Of a stretch of DNA of 47,430 nt, positions 1-10,015 are shown one piece after another. Source of the stretch: Candidatus Coatesbacteria bacterium (lineage in GTDB: Bacteria > JAFGND01); the NCBI GenBank assembly GCA_016927185.1, contig JAFGND010000028.1:1-47430 (forward strand), given 5' to 3'. The first letter of the stretch is position 1. Each line of letters opens with the position of its first letter. A model generated the notes under the pieces. It was not told the origin of the DNA. It saw only the letters and a list, made by a program, of their open reading frames with translations, and ran no database searches. The position numbers were made by a program, and so were the translations under genes.

Positions 1-340
1 AAATATTCCGGTCTGTCTGAAATCTCCATTTAAGAGTTCCATCAGAGCAGTTTATTGCATAAAGATAATAATCCTCACTCCCAATATAAACAACTCCATC
101 TGAGACACAAGAAGAAGAATGACCTCCACCTGTTTTATATCTCCATTTAAGAATTCCATCTGAGCTATTTATCGCATAAAGATAAGTATCATGACTTCCA
201 ACATAAACAACTCCATCTGAAACGCAAGGGGAAGAGCTAACGAGATCACCTGTCTGATACTTCCATATCAAATCCCCAGGTGCTGAAAAAAGCAGACTAG
301 ATAATAATAACAGAATTATGATAATTATCAGGTTTCTCAT
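1..340 (-). CDS. Secreted PQQ-like (BamB-type) beta-propeller repeat protein; 5' part only, runs off window edge
   Basis: Not in ORF track. Manual translation from ATG at 340 (GGAGG upstream): MRNLIIIIILLLLSSLLFSAPGDLIWKYQTGDLVSSSPCVSDGVVYVGSHDTYLYAINSSDGILKWRYKTGGGHSSSCVSDGVVYIGSEDYYLYAINCSDGTLKWRFQT. Signal peptide followed by PQQ-type repeats. Confidence 0.88.
   Translation of the reverse strand, partial: MRNLIIIIILLLLSSLLFSAPGDLIWKYQTGDLVSSSPCVSDGVVYVGSHDTYLYAINSSDGILKWRYKTGGGHSSSCVSDGVVYIGSEDYYLYAINCSDGTLKWRFQTDRNI
24..236. repeat. Imperfect 117-bp tandem repeat encoding propeller blades
   Basis: CTCCATTTAAGA recurs at 24 and 141; GCATAAAGATAA and ATAAACAACTCCATCTGA also recur at a 117-nt (39-aa) period. 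Confidence 0.8.
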
Positions 341-577
341 AATAGCCTCCTTACTATAATCATGGTCTTTCCTTTCATATATATATCACATAAAAATTGA
401 CAAGATTTAATGTCAAGGAATTTAATCTAGCCCCCAGACATTATGGACTGACTTATGAGGAAGTAATATTAATGGAAGTATTTGGAGTGGAAATAGAATA
501 TCTGGAACTTAAGGGAGTAAAAGTTATTTCCACGATTGTATGAAAGCGAATTCGCACAAGGCTAAGAGCGTGGTTTC

Positions 578-1133
578 ATGATAACACTATATAGAGATAT
601 GTTCAGAAAAGAGTATGAAATAGCAAGACAATTATTTATTCAGAACGTAAGTTCATGGTATTAAATTACTTATCAAGACTGAAAGGAGGTGAGAAGATAT
701 CTTATGAAAAGTTTGCCAAAGAGATTAATGTTGACAGGAAGACCTTAATGAAATGGGGTAAAAGATACAATGAACAAGGTCTGTCTGGTCTTGAGGACAA
801 ATCAAGAAGACCAAAGACCAGTCCCTTCAAGACATGCAAGGCTATTTAAGATAAAGTAATAGAGTTAAGGAAAAATACAGGTTTTTCTTCCAGGAGATTG
901 AAGATGGAGTTTGAATTAGTATAGGTCATAATACTATAAACAGGATATTAAAGGACAATAATCTTATAGATAAACAAAGGAAAAAGAAGATCAAAAACAA
1001 GAATAACTTGAGGGAAATAAAAGAGAAGTTGAATGCATTTGAAATGATACAGATAGATATCAAGTATCTCAGGGAAAACAGATATCTTGACATAGAAATC
1101 AGTTACAAATTCACAAGCCAATATGCTATTTAA
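578..1133 (+). pseudogene. Decayed IS481-like transposase fragment
   Basis: HTH segment ending KWGKRYNEQGLSGLEDKSRRPKTSP. Stop at 847-849 is followed in frame by DKVIELRKNTGFSSRRLKMEF. After a frameshift near 920 the reading continues IGHNTINRILK...AFEMIQIDIKYL (start of integrase core); the rest of the DDE core is missing. Boundaries approximate. Confidence 0.75.
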
Positions 1134-2574
1134 CTCAGTAGAGTATTTTGTTTTCCTTGCATTAGTCATACCACTCTATTTCATTATTCCTTATAGATAT
1201 AGATGGATCTTTCTGCTTATCGCATCATATTTCTTCTACATGAGATGGAGATGGGAATATATATTCCTTATAATAATCTCAACTTTGATTGATTTCATTG
1301 CTGGCATGAATATTGTTAAATCATCTCCTAAGGGTAAAAAAAGATGGCTTATAGTAAGTATTATCTCTAATTTGTCTTTATTATTCTTCTTCAAGTATTT
1401 CAATCTTTTTAACAGGACTTTTGCCTATTTTTTCAATCTTTTAAAGATTGATTATCCTGTTCCTGATCTGGATATTCTTCTTCCAGTAGGCATAAGTTTC
1501 TATACTTTTCAATCGCTAAGTTATACAATTGACATCTACAAGGGAAAACTTGAACCAACAAGGCATCTCGGGAAATTCATGCTTTTTATTTCCTTTTTCC
1601 CGCAGCTTGTAGCAGGTCCAATTGAAAGAGCAAAAAGTCTGCTCCCACAATTGAGTGAGAGGAGAAATTTTGATTACAACAGGTTTGCTCATGGATCTAT
1701 GCTTATTCTCTGGGGTTTATTCAAGAAAGTAGTTATTGCAGATAATGCAGCGAAATATGTTGATATGGTGTATGCAAATCCTTCCAATTTCTCGGGTTAT
1801 GCGGGAATAATTGCAACTTATTGTTTTGCAATTCAAGCATATGGTGATTTTTCAGGTTACAGTGATATTGCGATAGGATCAGCAGAAATTCTTGGAGTCA
1901 AGCTTATGCAAAATTTCAGGCGACCTTATTTTGCAAGAACATTTGCTGAAATCTGGGAAAGATGGCATATTTCCTTATCTACCTGGCTAAGGGATTACTT
2001 ATATTTTTCACTAGGGGGCAGCAAGAAAGGAAACTTAAGAACTGTTATCAATATTTTCATTACCATGTTCCTTGGTGGTATATGGCATGGAGCCAACTGG
2101 ACTTTTGTTTTATGGGGGCTAATGGTTGGCTTATTAATAGTTTTATCAAGAATTACTGAAGAATACAGAAACGCACTTTTTGCAAAAATGAATTTTCCAG
2201 ACTCCATAAGAAAAGTAATTCAGATAATAATCACTTTTCATCTATTCTGTTTCACATTGGTTTTCTTCAGATCAGAATCTTTTACTAAACTTGGTTATAT
2301 GTTCAAGCAAATACTCACAATGGCTTCGGGATTGAATTACAAGATAGGATCCTATATATTATATACTGATACTGAGCTTTTATTCTTGTTTATTTCATTG
2401 CTGATTTTATTCATTGTTCAGATTATTCAAGAATACCAGAACAGTAACGGTCTGGATTTCATGTATAAATGGTTTCCAAGACCTGTTAGATGGATTTTCT
2501 ACTATGCTATCATACTTCTGATAGCAATATATGGTGTTGATGGAAGTAAGGCATTTATTTATTTTCAGTTTTAA
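1123..2574 (+). CDS. MBOAT family O-acyltransferase (AlgI/PatA/DltB-like)
   Basis: LPVGISFYTFQSLSY, FFPQLVAGPIER, DFSGYSD, RWHISLSTWLRDY and catalytic GIWHGA motifs; polytopic hydrophobic pattern. Confidence 0.95.
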   Translation: MLFNSVEYFVFLALVIPLYFIIPYRYRWIFLLIASYFFYMRWRWEYIFLIIISTLIDFIAGMNIVKSSPKGKKRWLIVSIISNLSLLFFFKYFNLFNRTFAYFFNLLKIDYPVPDLDILLPVGISFYTFQSLSYTIDIYKGKLEPTRHLGKFMLFISFFPQLVAGPIERAKSLLPQLSERRNFDYNRFAHGSMLILWGLFKKVVIADNAAKYVDMVYANPSNFSGYAGIIATYCFAIQAYGDFSGYSDIAIGSAEILGVKLMQNFRRPYFARTFAEIWERWHISLSTWLRDYLYFSLGGSKKGNLRTVINIFITMFLGGIWHGANWTFVLWGLMVGLLIVLSRITEEYRNALFAKMNFPDSIRKVIQIIITFHLFCFTLVFFRSESFTKLGYMFKQILTMASGLNYKIGSYILYTDTELLFLFISLLILFIVQIIQEYQNSNGLDFMYKWFPRPVRWIFYYAIILLIAIYGVDGSKAFIYFQF

Positions 2575-2576
2575 GT

Positions 2577-3551
2577 ATGTATAAGAAATTAATATTGTAC
2601 CTGATAATAGCTCTTTCATTGATTGTAATACTTGATAGAGTTATTTTCAAACTGGTATATATTCCAGAGACACAGGATACCTATACTTCATTTCCTGCCA
2701 TTCAGCTTCTAGACAGACCAGTTCCAAGTAATATATGGGCAATAGGAGCATCCCATATTGGTTTTGGACTGGATACAGATGAATTCGAAAAATCATCTGG
2801 CTTGACGCTTTTAAATGCACAAGCACCTGGAAGATCCTATGAAAGCAATGTTTATTTCACATATGAACTTCTGGGAAAAATAAGAAAACCTAAACTCATT
2901 TTACTTGACGTTGCATGGATGGCTTTTCAGGTCAATCCAGAAATCAAGGTACATGCAGTAGATTTCCAGCATATCTCCCTGAAAAATAAGCTGAGATATC
3001 TTATATTTCATTTTCCATCATCCCTCAAGTATCTTTCCAAACTCTATTCTTACAGATATAATACTGTCTTCTATAAATCAAAGGAAAAAGCTATAAAAGA
3101 AGCAATAGCAGATAAGAAATTCGATATATACACTGAAAGAGGATTTGTCAGATCCTCAAGGGTAATGGATACTGATGTATTAAGAAAAAGCCTGGATAGA
3201 TTCGACAGGGAATATAACAAGGGGAAATATACTGAGGATAAAGCCAAGATAGATGCTTGTATAAAAATTATCGAGATAGCTAGAAAGGAAGACATTCCTG
3301 TAGTGATAATAGAATTACCTGAATATTATAAACTTAAGGAAAAGCAGCAAAGAGAATTATATGACAAGCGTCTGGAAATAATCAGAAAAAAATATAATGT
3401 AGAATACCTTAATTTCAACATAAGTGATAATCCCATAACAAGAGAAATGAAGTACTTCAGGGATGCTGATCATCTGAATGGAGTTGGAGCAAGGGAATGG
3501 ACAAGGGAATTTTGTAAAACCTTAAGAAAAAAGGGAATAATCAAGGAGTGA
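2577..3551 (+). CDS. Membrane-anchored SGNH/DltD-like acyl-transfer partner of the MBOAT protein
   Basis: N-terminal TM helix, IGASH (G-x-S) and DADHLNGVG (DxxH) motifs; 2 nt downstream of the MBOAT gene. Confidence 0.75.
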   Translation: MYKKLILYLIIALSLIVILDRVIFKLVYIPETQDTYTSFPAIQLLDRPVPSNIWAIGASHIGFGLDTDEFEKSSGLTLLNAQAPGRSYESNVYFTYELLGKIRKPKLILLDVAWMAFQVNPEIKVHAVDFQHISLKNKLRYLIFHFPSSLKYLSKLYSYRYNTVFYKSKEKAIKEAIADKKFDIYTERGFVRSSRVMDTDVLRKSLDRFDREYNKGKYTEDKAKIDACIKIIEIARKEDIPVVIIELPEYYKLKEKQQRELYDKRLEIIRKKYNVEYLNFNISDNPITREMKYFRDADHLNGVGAREWTREFCKTLRKKGIIKE

Positions 3552-3552
3552 T

Positions 3553-6264
3553 ATGAAAATCTTTCTAGTGATTTGTTTATGTTTCTGTATGCTGTCAGGG
3601 GAAGATTTTTTCCCGGATAAAGAACAAACTTATATCGATAGTTGCTTGTCTTATCTTAATCTAAATAGAAGAGATCTGGAATTCGATAAGTTAAGAGGAT
3701 ATACCGGGCTTTATCTTTTACCTGATGTTAAACTAATGATGGATAAACCTCTAACGATGGCTAGCTTCACATTGAATACAAGAGAAGTATTACTGAAAAA
3801 CAAGAACAAGCCAGTTGATTTGCTTTGGTATAATGCAAGACTTCTTGGCAGGGAAAAGGAAATAAAGGAAATAATAGAGAATCTAAGGAAGGAGACAAGA
3901 GATTTCAAATTAGCTTCATTGAGCATAGATTCCCCATCTTTGTACTTCAATTTATCTCAGTATGTCAATTCCCTAATCATTGTAAATAACAACAGGGAAA
4001 AAGCACTTTCAGGTTTGTCTCTTCAGGAGAAGAAGGATTTATATCGCTCATCTGTTATTTTCTGGGCAGATGAGGGGGATAAAACAGTTAAAGATGAACT
4101 AAAAGAACTGAAGATTGATGAACCAAAAGACTCAACTATTATTTACCAGAAGAATATGTGGAAGAAAGTTAATCTGGATCTATTGATAGCAGCTGGAATT
4201 TATCTGGCAGAGGAAACCTATAAATTCAATGAAAAAATAAAAGAAATAAGGATAAAAAACAACTTCAAGCAGCAGGAAATAGTATCTCCTGTTGGCAAAA
4301 TACTGATCTCAGGAAAATCAGACGATAATATCAAGGGAGATTATTGCTTGATTGTTGATTTTTCTGGGAATGATAACTATTCTCTAAAATCAACATCCAT
4401 AGAGCCATGGACAAACTCGCTTCAAGTAATAATAGACCTTGATGGAAATGACATGTACGATGGAAAAGGATTCTCATCTCTTGGAGGTTCTCTTCTTGGT
4501 TATAGTATTCTTATAGATAATAGTGGGGACGACAAATATATTGCAGAAGAAAACAGTCTTGGTTCAACAGTTTTTGGATTAGCAATACTGCATGATTTAA
4601 ATGGCAACGACATTTACAGAGGTTCATATAACAGCCAGGGATGCGCAACATTCGGTATCGGAATGCTGGTGGATGAAAAAGGCAATGATATTTATAGAAT
4701 AGACAGGTGGGGACAGGGATTTGGTGGAACTTATGGTGCAGGTTTGTTGCTTGATTCAGGAGGAAATGATAATTATTACGCTGGTGGAAAAACCCTTCAT
4801 CTTCCACTTCGTCCAACACAGTATCAGAGCTTTGCCCAGGGTTTCGGAATGGGTTTGAGGGATCATACTCCCGGAGGCATCGGTCAGTTATGGGATCTTT
4901 CCGGAAATGATCTGTACTATACTGAAATCTATGGGCAGGGTTGCTCATACTGGTATAGCCTTGGAGTACTAGGCGATCTTGATGGAGATGATACATATAA
5001 TCTTGCCCAATACGGTCAGGGTGCCGGTATACATTTAAGTGCAGGAGTTTTTTATGATGAAAAGGGCAATGATCATTACTTCTCGAGATGGGGACCTGGA
5101 CAGGGAGATGCCCACGATTTTGCTGTAGGACTGATGTGGGACAGATCAGGAGATGATATGCACCAGATATCAGGTGGATTGGGAAGGGCATTAACTAATT
5201 CAGTTGGCATATTCATAGATTCTGAAGGAAATGATATTTATAGCTGCTATGAACCAATAAGTCTTGGTACTGCTACCTGGGCAAGAGGTTTTGGTGGGGT
5301 GGGAATATTCCTGGATCTTGATGGTGACGACAATTATCCAAGGGAATACAAATCTGCTAACAATAATATATGGTTTAATGGTATGCATGCTATTGGATTG
5401 GATAGAAAGGCACTTGAAAAATCTACCCCTCAATTCAAGATGAAGGAGCTTGAAAAAGCAGATATAGACAGCCTAAAGGATAAGGCAAAAATCAAGAGGT
5501 TGTTTGAAATAGGAAGTGAATGGCAGGTAGGTGATAATGTCGACAGAGTAGATGCTGCAAGAAAAATGCTTACAACCTTGGGGAAACCAATGATAGAATA
5601 TCTATATACAGAAAGAATAAAAACATTTGATGGACTTGAACTGAGATGTCTTGAAGTTATTGGTTCAGAGCATAAGGGAGATGTATTACCAATACTAATC
5701 AAGAACATTGATTCAGATAATGATACAATTCAATTTGCATCCATCTATGTAATGGGGGAAGTAGCTGATTCAGGGACTATCAATATTCTGCTTAACAGGA
5801 TGCAAGGATTTTCAACCAGACTGAAAAGCATCTCTATTATTACTATTGGTAAAATAATAACTAACGATAAAGGTGGGAAGTTGAAGGAAATTGCAGGTCC
5901 TAACCTGATACCATTTCTTGAAGACAAGGAATTGTATATAAGAGTAAATACTGCAATGGTACTGGGACAGATTAATTATGATAAGGCATTCCCTGAGTTA
6001 CTTAAAAGACTGGAGGATATTGAATTACCTGCAAGGCAAGCTGCAGGAAGCTCAATCAAGGATATGGCAGCTAATAACTTACAGGAAGTTGAAAAATTCC
6101 TGGCTGGTAATGCAAGCAAAAAGGCAAAACAGGAATTATTAATCTGGCTTGCAAAACTTTACAAGGAAACCAAGGATAAGGTCCTTGCAGAGAAACTCTT
6201 CTTTATTATTAAAACACACAAAGGTGGTTTAATTGCCAATTTTATAGAAGATATTATGCACTAA
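3553..6264 (+). CDS. Secreted protein with about 12 DxxGxDxY repeats and C-terminal HEAT-like repeats; function unknown
   Basis: 903-aa ORF with signal peptide; Gly-rich repeats of about 26 aa (DFSGNDNY, DLDGNDMY, DEKGNDIY ...); helical C-terminus (IRVNTAMVLGQI, ARQAAGSSI). Confidence 0.8.
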   Translation: MKIFLVICLCFCMLSGEDFFPDKEQTYIDSCLSYLNLNRRDLEFDKLRGYTGLYLLPDVKLMMDKPLTMASFTLNTREVLLKNKNKPVDLLWYNARLLGREKEIKEIIENLRKETRDFKLASLSIDSPSLYFNLSQYVNSLIIVNNNREKALSGLSLQEKKDLYRSSVIFWADEGDKTVKDELKELKIDEPKDSTIIYQKNMWKKVNLDLLIAAGIYLAEETYKFNEKIKEIRIKNNFKQQEIVSPVGKILISGKSDDNIKGDYCLIVDFSGNDNYSLKSTSIEPWTNSLQVIIDLDGNDMYDGKGFSSLGGSLLGYSILIDNSGDDKYIAEENSLGSTVFGLAILHDLNGNDIYRGSYNSQGCATFGIGMLVDEKGNDIYRIDRWGQGFGGTYGAGLLLDSGGNDNYYAGGKTLHLPLRPTQYQSFAQGFGMGLRDHTPGGIGQLWDLSGNDLYYTEIYGQGCSYWYSLGVLGDLDGDDTYNLAQYGQGAGIHLSAGVFYDEKGNDHYFSRWGPGQGDAHDFAVGLMWDRSGDDMHQISGGLGRALTNSVGIFIDSEGNDIYSCYEPISLGTATWARGFGGVGIFLDLDGDDNYPREYKSANNNIWFNGMHAIGLDRKALEKSTPQFKMKELEKADIDSLKDKAKIKRLFEIGSEWQVGDNVDRVDAARKMLTTLGKPMIEYLYTERIKTFDGLELRCLEVIGSEHKGDVLPILIKNIDSDNDTIQFASIYVMGEVADSGTINILLNRMQGFSTRLKSISIITIGKIITNDKGGKLKEIAGPNLIPFLEDKELYIRVNTAMVLGQINYDKAFPELLKRLEDIELPARQAAGSSIKDMAANNLQEVEKFLAGNASKKAKQELLIWLAKLYKETKDKVLAEKLFFIIKTHKGGLIANFIEDIMH

Positions 6265-7352
6265 CCGGTGTATTCCTCATCCTGCATAATATTATTCAAT
6301 ACCCAGTCAAAATCACCTTTTGTGACTATTGTATCACAATATTCGCATTTCCCTGCCTGATTAACATTCACTGGTGCTCCACAATTAGGACATTTGTCCA
6401 TTGATATTGTTTCAGGTCCCTTGCTTTTCAAACCAGATTTCCTTATGAATGTCCAGTATTCACTGAAGGTTCTAGCTGTATTCTTGTCTCCAGATATTAT
6501 CTGATTAGTCGTTTCGTCTATCTCATAGTCTATCATCTGTGCTCTTATTCTTGTTGTAATACTATCATAGTATTTATCAAGTTCCACTTTTACTATTTCT
6601 ACATTAGCAATTATTATATCTTCCAGGACATTCCTTATCCTTTTTGTCGTGTACTCATCCATCTGAGATTGATGCCTGTTAAATATCGCATCAGATTCAT
6701 AAGGTCTTGCAAGCTCCCACTTCTTCTGGGTCCATGCCTGCTGGACTTTCAAGAAAATTGTCTGAACTTTATCCTTGAACACTGATTCGCTGAATGCAGG
6801 ATCAGCTGCCTTAAGCTCTTTTATTTTCTCTTTCAATTCAGCATCATATACAGTCGACATGTCAGTACCATATTCCATGCCTGAGGAATCCATTGTAGAT
6901 TCATATTTAGGTTGAGTTGAAGATGCCCCTCCTTTTGATCTGGATTTAATAATTGAAATTACTACTATCAGAAATATTATAATGAATATTACTCCGAATA
7001 TCATAGAACCAATTCCACCACAACAAACCCCAGCACCTCCTCCAGATGATGAGGGAGAACTGCTATATGTACGAGATGGGCTGCTTGATGAACTCCTGTT
7101 GCTAGATGAAGAAGAACTTCGGGATGGACTTGATGATCTGCTTGGGCTGCTATATCTCTGCCCTCCTCCAACACGTGAAATGCTGTTCTTGAATGAAAAA
7201 GAGCTTTTTGAGGAAGGCTTTGTAAAAGATTTGGAAGGACTCTTATAATTTTGCCCTCCACCGACTCTTGCTGAAGAATCCTCTGGATAAAAAATCATCA
7301 TGAAACTCAGTATGAAAGCCAAAGTTAATAATTGCTTGAAATGCTTTTTCAT
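6261..7352 (-). CDS. Tim44-like domain membrane protein with C-terminal zinc ribbon
   Basis: ARVGGGQ and Ser-rich N-terminus, TM helix, DPAFSES...QQAW and FSEYWTFIR motifs, CPNCGAP...CEYC; GGAGG SD. Confidence 0.85.
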   Translation of the reverse strand: MKKHFKQLLTLAFILSFMMIFYPEDSSARVGGGQNYKSPSKSFTKPSSKSSFSFKNSISRVGGGQRYSSPSRSSSPSRSSSSSSNRSSSSSPSRTYSSSPSSSGGGAGVCCGGIGSMIFGVIFIIIFLIVVISIIKSRSKGGASSTQPKYESTMDSSGMEYGTDMSTVYDAELKEKIKELKAADPAFSESVFKDKVQTIFLKVQQAWTQKKWELARPYESDAIFNRHQSQMDEYTTKRIRNVLEDIIIANVEIVKVELDKYYDSITTRIRAQMIDYEIDETTNQIISGDKNTARTFSEYWTFIRKSGLKSKGPETISMDKCPNCGAPVNVNQAGKCEYCDTIVTKGDFDWVLNNIMQDEEYTG

Positions 7353-7362
7353 AAGTCCTCCT

Positions 7363-7776
7363 TCATATAGCTGCTTTTATAACTTCAGTTATTATTGCCT
7401 CAATTTCCTCTTTGGAATATAATTTACCCTTACCAAATCCTGGACACAGTTCCAGAAGTTTTTTTATACCATTTTCCTCTTTCATGAATTCAGGCCAGAA
7501 GGGAAATGATCTGCACTGTAATGGTCTGACTTCATATATAGAGCACTTGTTTTCAACAAAAAACGGACAGTTTCCATCATCTTCATTTTTCAGGCACTTT
7601 TTATTGAAATATTCAGGATCAGTTGTTACATATTTCCGTCTAAATTTAAATAGAGGTAAACTTAGATGTTTTGCAATGCTTTTTTCGTCTATTGCAGTAA
7701 TATAGACCATTCCATCTTCCACTCTGCAGCAAGCACCACATTGAATACATCTAAAACGCAATTTCCTGAAAGACAT
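7363..7776 (-). CDS. YkgJ-family cysteine-cluster (CxxCxxCC) protein
   Basis: FRCIQCGACC, CPFF, CSIYEVRPLQCRSFPFW, CPG. Start moved to ATG 7776 because the track's extension overlaps the divergent gene. Confidence 0.88.
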   Translation of the reverse strand: MSFRKLRFRCIQCGACCRVEDGMVYITAIDEKSIAKHLSLPLFKFRRKYVTTDPEYFNKKCLKNEDDGNCPFFVENKCSIYEVRPLQCRSFPFWPEFMKEENGIKKLLELCPGFGKGKLYSKEEIEAIITEVIKAAI

Positions 7777-7885
7777 TATTGAAGTAGTTTTAATAAAGCT
7801 TATAATTTGACAAGTTTTTTTTATATTGACATCATGAACAAAACTATAAACCAAGACTAGTAAACAAAACGAAGAGGAGTAGGAA

Positions 7886-8980
7886 ATGAAATGGTTAAAA
7901 TATTTACTAATACTTGCCTTGATAGGCACATTTTCATGTGGAGAAAAAAAGAAACGCAGAACTGATGACGACAAAGATGGATCAAGTGACAATGGAGATA
8001 AAACTTCGAATACAGAAACTATTGAAGAGATTCCTTCTTCAGCCTTGATTCCAATAATGGGAAAAAGCAAGAAAACAGGAAAAAATATAAGTTTCGCTTA
8101 TGATCCTTTTGCTTGTATCTCTAATGATGGAAAGTTGCTCACTCTTCAGAGAAGAGTTAAGGACAGCAATACATCATTTTATTTAGCTTTGTATGATCTG
8201 GAAAAGAAGGAGTATACAGGGAACGAGCTTGAGAAAATAGTTGATATAAACGAACCTGCATTAAGTCCTGATAACAAGAAAATAGCTTTCATTTATCTCA
8301 AGGATCTTGAAAAAACTGGTGGAGACGTTTATATAGTCGGCATAGATGGTCAAGGATTGGAGCAAATCACAAAAACTAAAGAGCCAGAATCTCAGATAAG
8401 CTGGTCTAATGATGGCAAGTCAATATGCTTTGTAAGAGACAAGAGACATATCATAATTTATGATTTTGCAGAAAAGAAAGAAACTTCATATCCAATAAAT
8501 ATGTCTAATAATAAACCAGCGACAAATATCAACCATCCAGTTTTTTCTCCGGACAATAAATCATTGGCTTTCGATTTACCTAAAACTTATGACGAAAAAA
8601 CAACATCTCAAGTCATTGGAATTATTGATATTGAATCCAAAAATGTTACTTATGCAACCATAGAAAAAGGTGGTGCAATTTCACCGGTATGGATAAAAGA
8701 AGGCAATTATATCGCACATGTATTCAAAGATGCAACTACAAAGGATGAAGAAGGGAAAAACGTTCCTACTCATATTCTGAAATGGGCAATAAAAAGTGGT
8801 GAAAAACAGGGAATACTGTTGCAACCAGAAGGACAGGTTGAAGTAGGAGAAAGAGTATCATATTCACCTGCAAAAAAATGGATCTGCTTCTCACTCAGAA
8901 GAAGTATAAAAGGAAAGGATGGAACTTCCAAGGTAGCATTTGAAGTATTTGCACTTCCATTGGAAAAACCTGCTAGCTAG
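7886..8980 (+). CDS. TolB-like (PD40) beta-propeller lipoprotein
   Basis: Lipobox-like TFSC; repeats PALSPDNKKIAF, ISWSNDGKSICF, PVFSPDNKSLAF; GAGGAG SD. Confidence 0.8.
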   Translation: MKWLKYLLILALIGTFSCGEKKKRRTDDDKDGSSDNGDKTSNTETIEEIPSSALIPIMGKSKKTGKNISFAYDPFACISNDGKLLTLQRRVKDSNTSFYLALYDLEKKEYTGNELEKIVDINEPALSPDNKKIAFIYLKDLEKTGGDVYIVGIDGQGLEQITKTKEPESQISWSNDGKSICFVRDKRHIIIYDFAEKKETSYPINMSNNKPATNINHPVFSPDNKSLAFDLPKTYDEKTTSQVIGIIDIESKNVTYATIEKGGAISPVWIKEGNYIAHVFKDATTKDEEGKNVPTHILKWAIKSGEKQGILLQPEGQVEVGERVSYSPAKKWICFSLRRSIKGKDGTSKVAFEVFALPLEKPAS

Positions 8981-9032
8981 GATTTACGTGTATAAACCAG
9001 CAGTTTATTATTTCCAATAGTATTGATTGCAG

Positions 9033-10004
9033 ATGAAATATAATGCTTTGGTTTTGATGTCAGGTGGAGCAGATTCATTGTTAGCTGCCAGACTTCTTCT
9101 GGAACAGGACATAAATATAACAGCAATATCGTTTTACAGTCCTTTTTTTTCATCTGATGAAGCGGAACGTCTTGCTGGATTTCTTTCAATACCATTCTTA
9201 TCAATGGACTTGACTAATGAGATGATAGAAATAATCAAAAATCCAAGATATGGCCTGGGCTCAGGGGCAAATCCTTGTATAGACTGTCATGGCTTGATGT
9301 TAAGGAAATCAGTATTCTTGATGAAAGAACTCAATGCCCACTTCATAGCAACTGGGGAAGTTGTAGGACAAAGACCTATGTCTCAGCAGAAAAACAGTCT
9401 TAATCTTATAGCAAAAATGTCTGGCGCAAAAGAGCTTGTGCTAAGACCATTATTTGCAAAAATCATGAAACCAACTTTACCTGAATTAAAAGGATGGATT
9501 GATAGAAGCAAACTAGAAAGGATTTCTGGCAGGGGTAGAAAAAGACAGGTTGAGCTTATAGAGAAATTCGGCTATCAGAATGAAACTGCCCTATATTCAT
9601 CAGGAGGCTGTCTTTTAACTGATAAGACGATAGGAAGGCGTGTAAAAGATCTTGTAAAGCATGATCAGCTGAATGAACGAAATGCAAAACTGTTAACTAT
9701 CGGCAGGCATTTCAGGATATCTGAAAGACTAAAGATCATTCTGACAAGACGAGAAGATGAAGATGCAATGATAAAGAAAATAATAACAGAAAACTCTCTG
9801 GAACCAACCGATGATTATTCCGGTCCTACTGCAGCAATAATAACAGAAGATATTCTTTCAGAGGAAGATGTTAATATTGCAGCAAATCTTATAGCTTCAT
9901 ATACCAAATATGAGAATGATACTGAAATCCTGATTGATTTTAATGGCAAGATAATCCGCACAAAAAAAATTCCCAAAAAAAACTTTTCCAGGTGGCTGAT
10001 ATGA
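9033..10004 (+). CDS. PP-loop tRNA thiouridylase-like protein (ThiI/MnmA-related)
   Basis: SGGADS PP-loop, NPCIDC, TGEVVGQRPMSQ, GGCLLT, GRHFR. ATG 9033 preferred over TTG 9027. Confidence 0.8.
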   Translation: MKYNALVLMSGGADSLLAARLLLEQDINITAISFYSPFFSSDEAERLAGFLSIPFLSMDLTNEMIEIIKNPRYGLGSGANPCIDCHGLMLRKSVFLMKELNAHFIATGEVVGQRPMSQQKNSLNLIAKMSGAKELVLRPLFAKIMKPTLPELKGWIDRSKLERISGRGRKRQVELIEKFGYQNETALYSSGGCLLTDKTIGRRVKDLVKHDQLNERNAKLLTIGRHFRISERLKIILTRREDEDAMIKKIITENSLEPTDDYSGPTAAIITEDILSEEDVNIAANLIASYTKYENDTEILIDFNGKIIRTKKIPKKNFSRWLI

Positions 10005-10015
10005 TATAAAGAATC

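Noticed and set aside
24..236. Repeats as a CRISPR array
   Set aside because: The period is 117 nt, in frame and protein-coding; there are no unique spacers or cas genes.
4511..5191. 226-aa minus-strand ORF
   Set aside because: Antisense to the repeat region of the 903-aa gene, with no recognisable motifs. The same applies to the other short antisense ORFs in the track.
6982..7261. Alternative ORFs 6982..7248 (+) and 7001..7261 (-)
   Set aside because: Shadow frames of the Ser-rich segment of the Tim44-like gene.
7777..8070. N-terminal extension of the YkgJ ORF
   Set aside because: Overlaps the divergent lipoprotein gene; family motifs start after ATG 7776.
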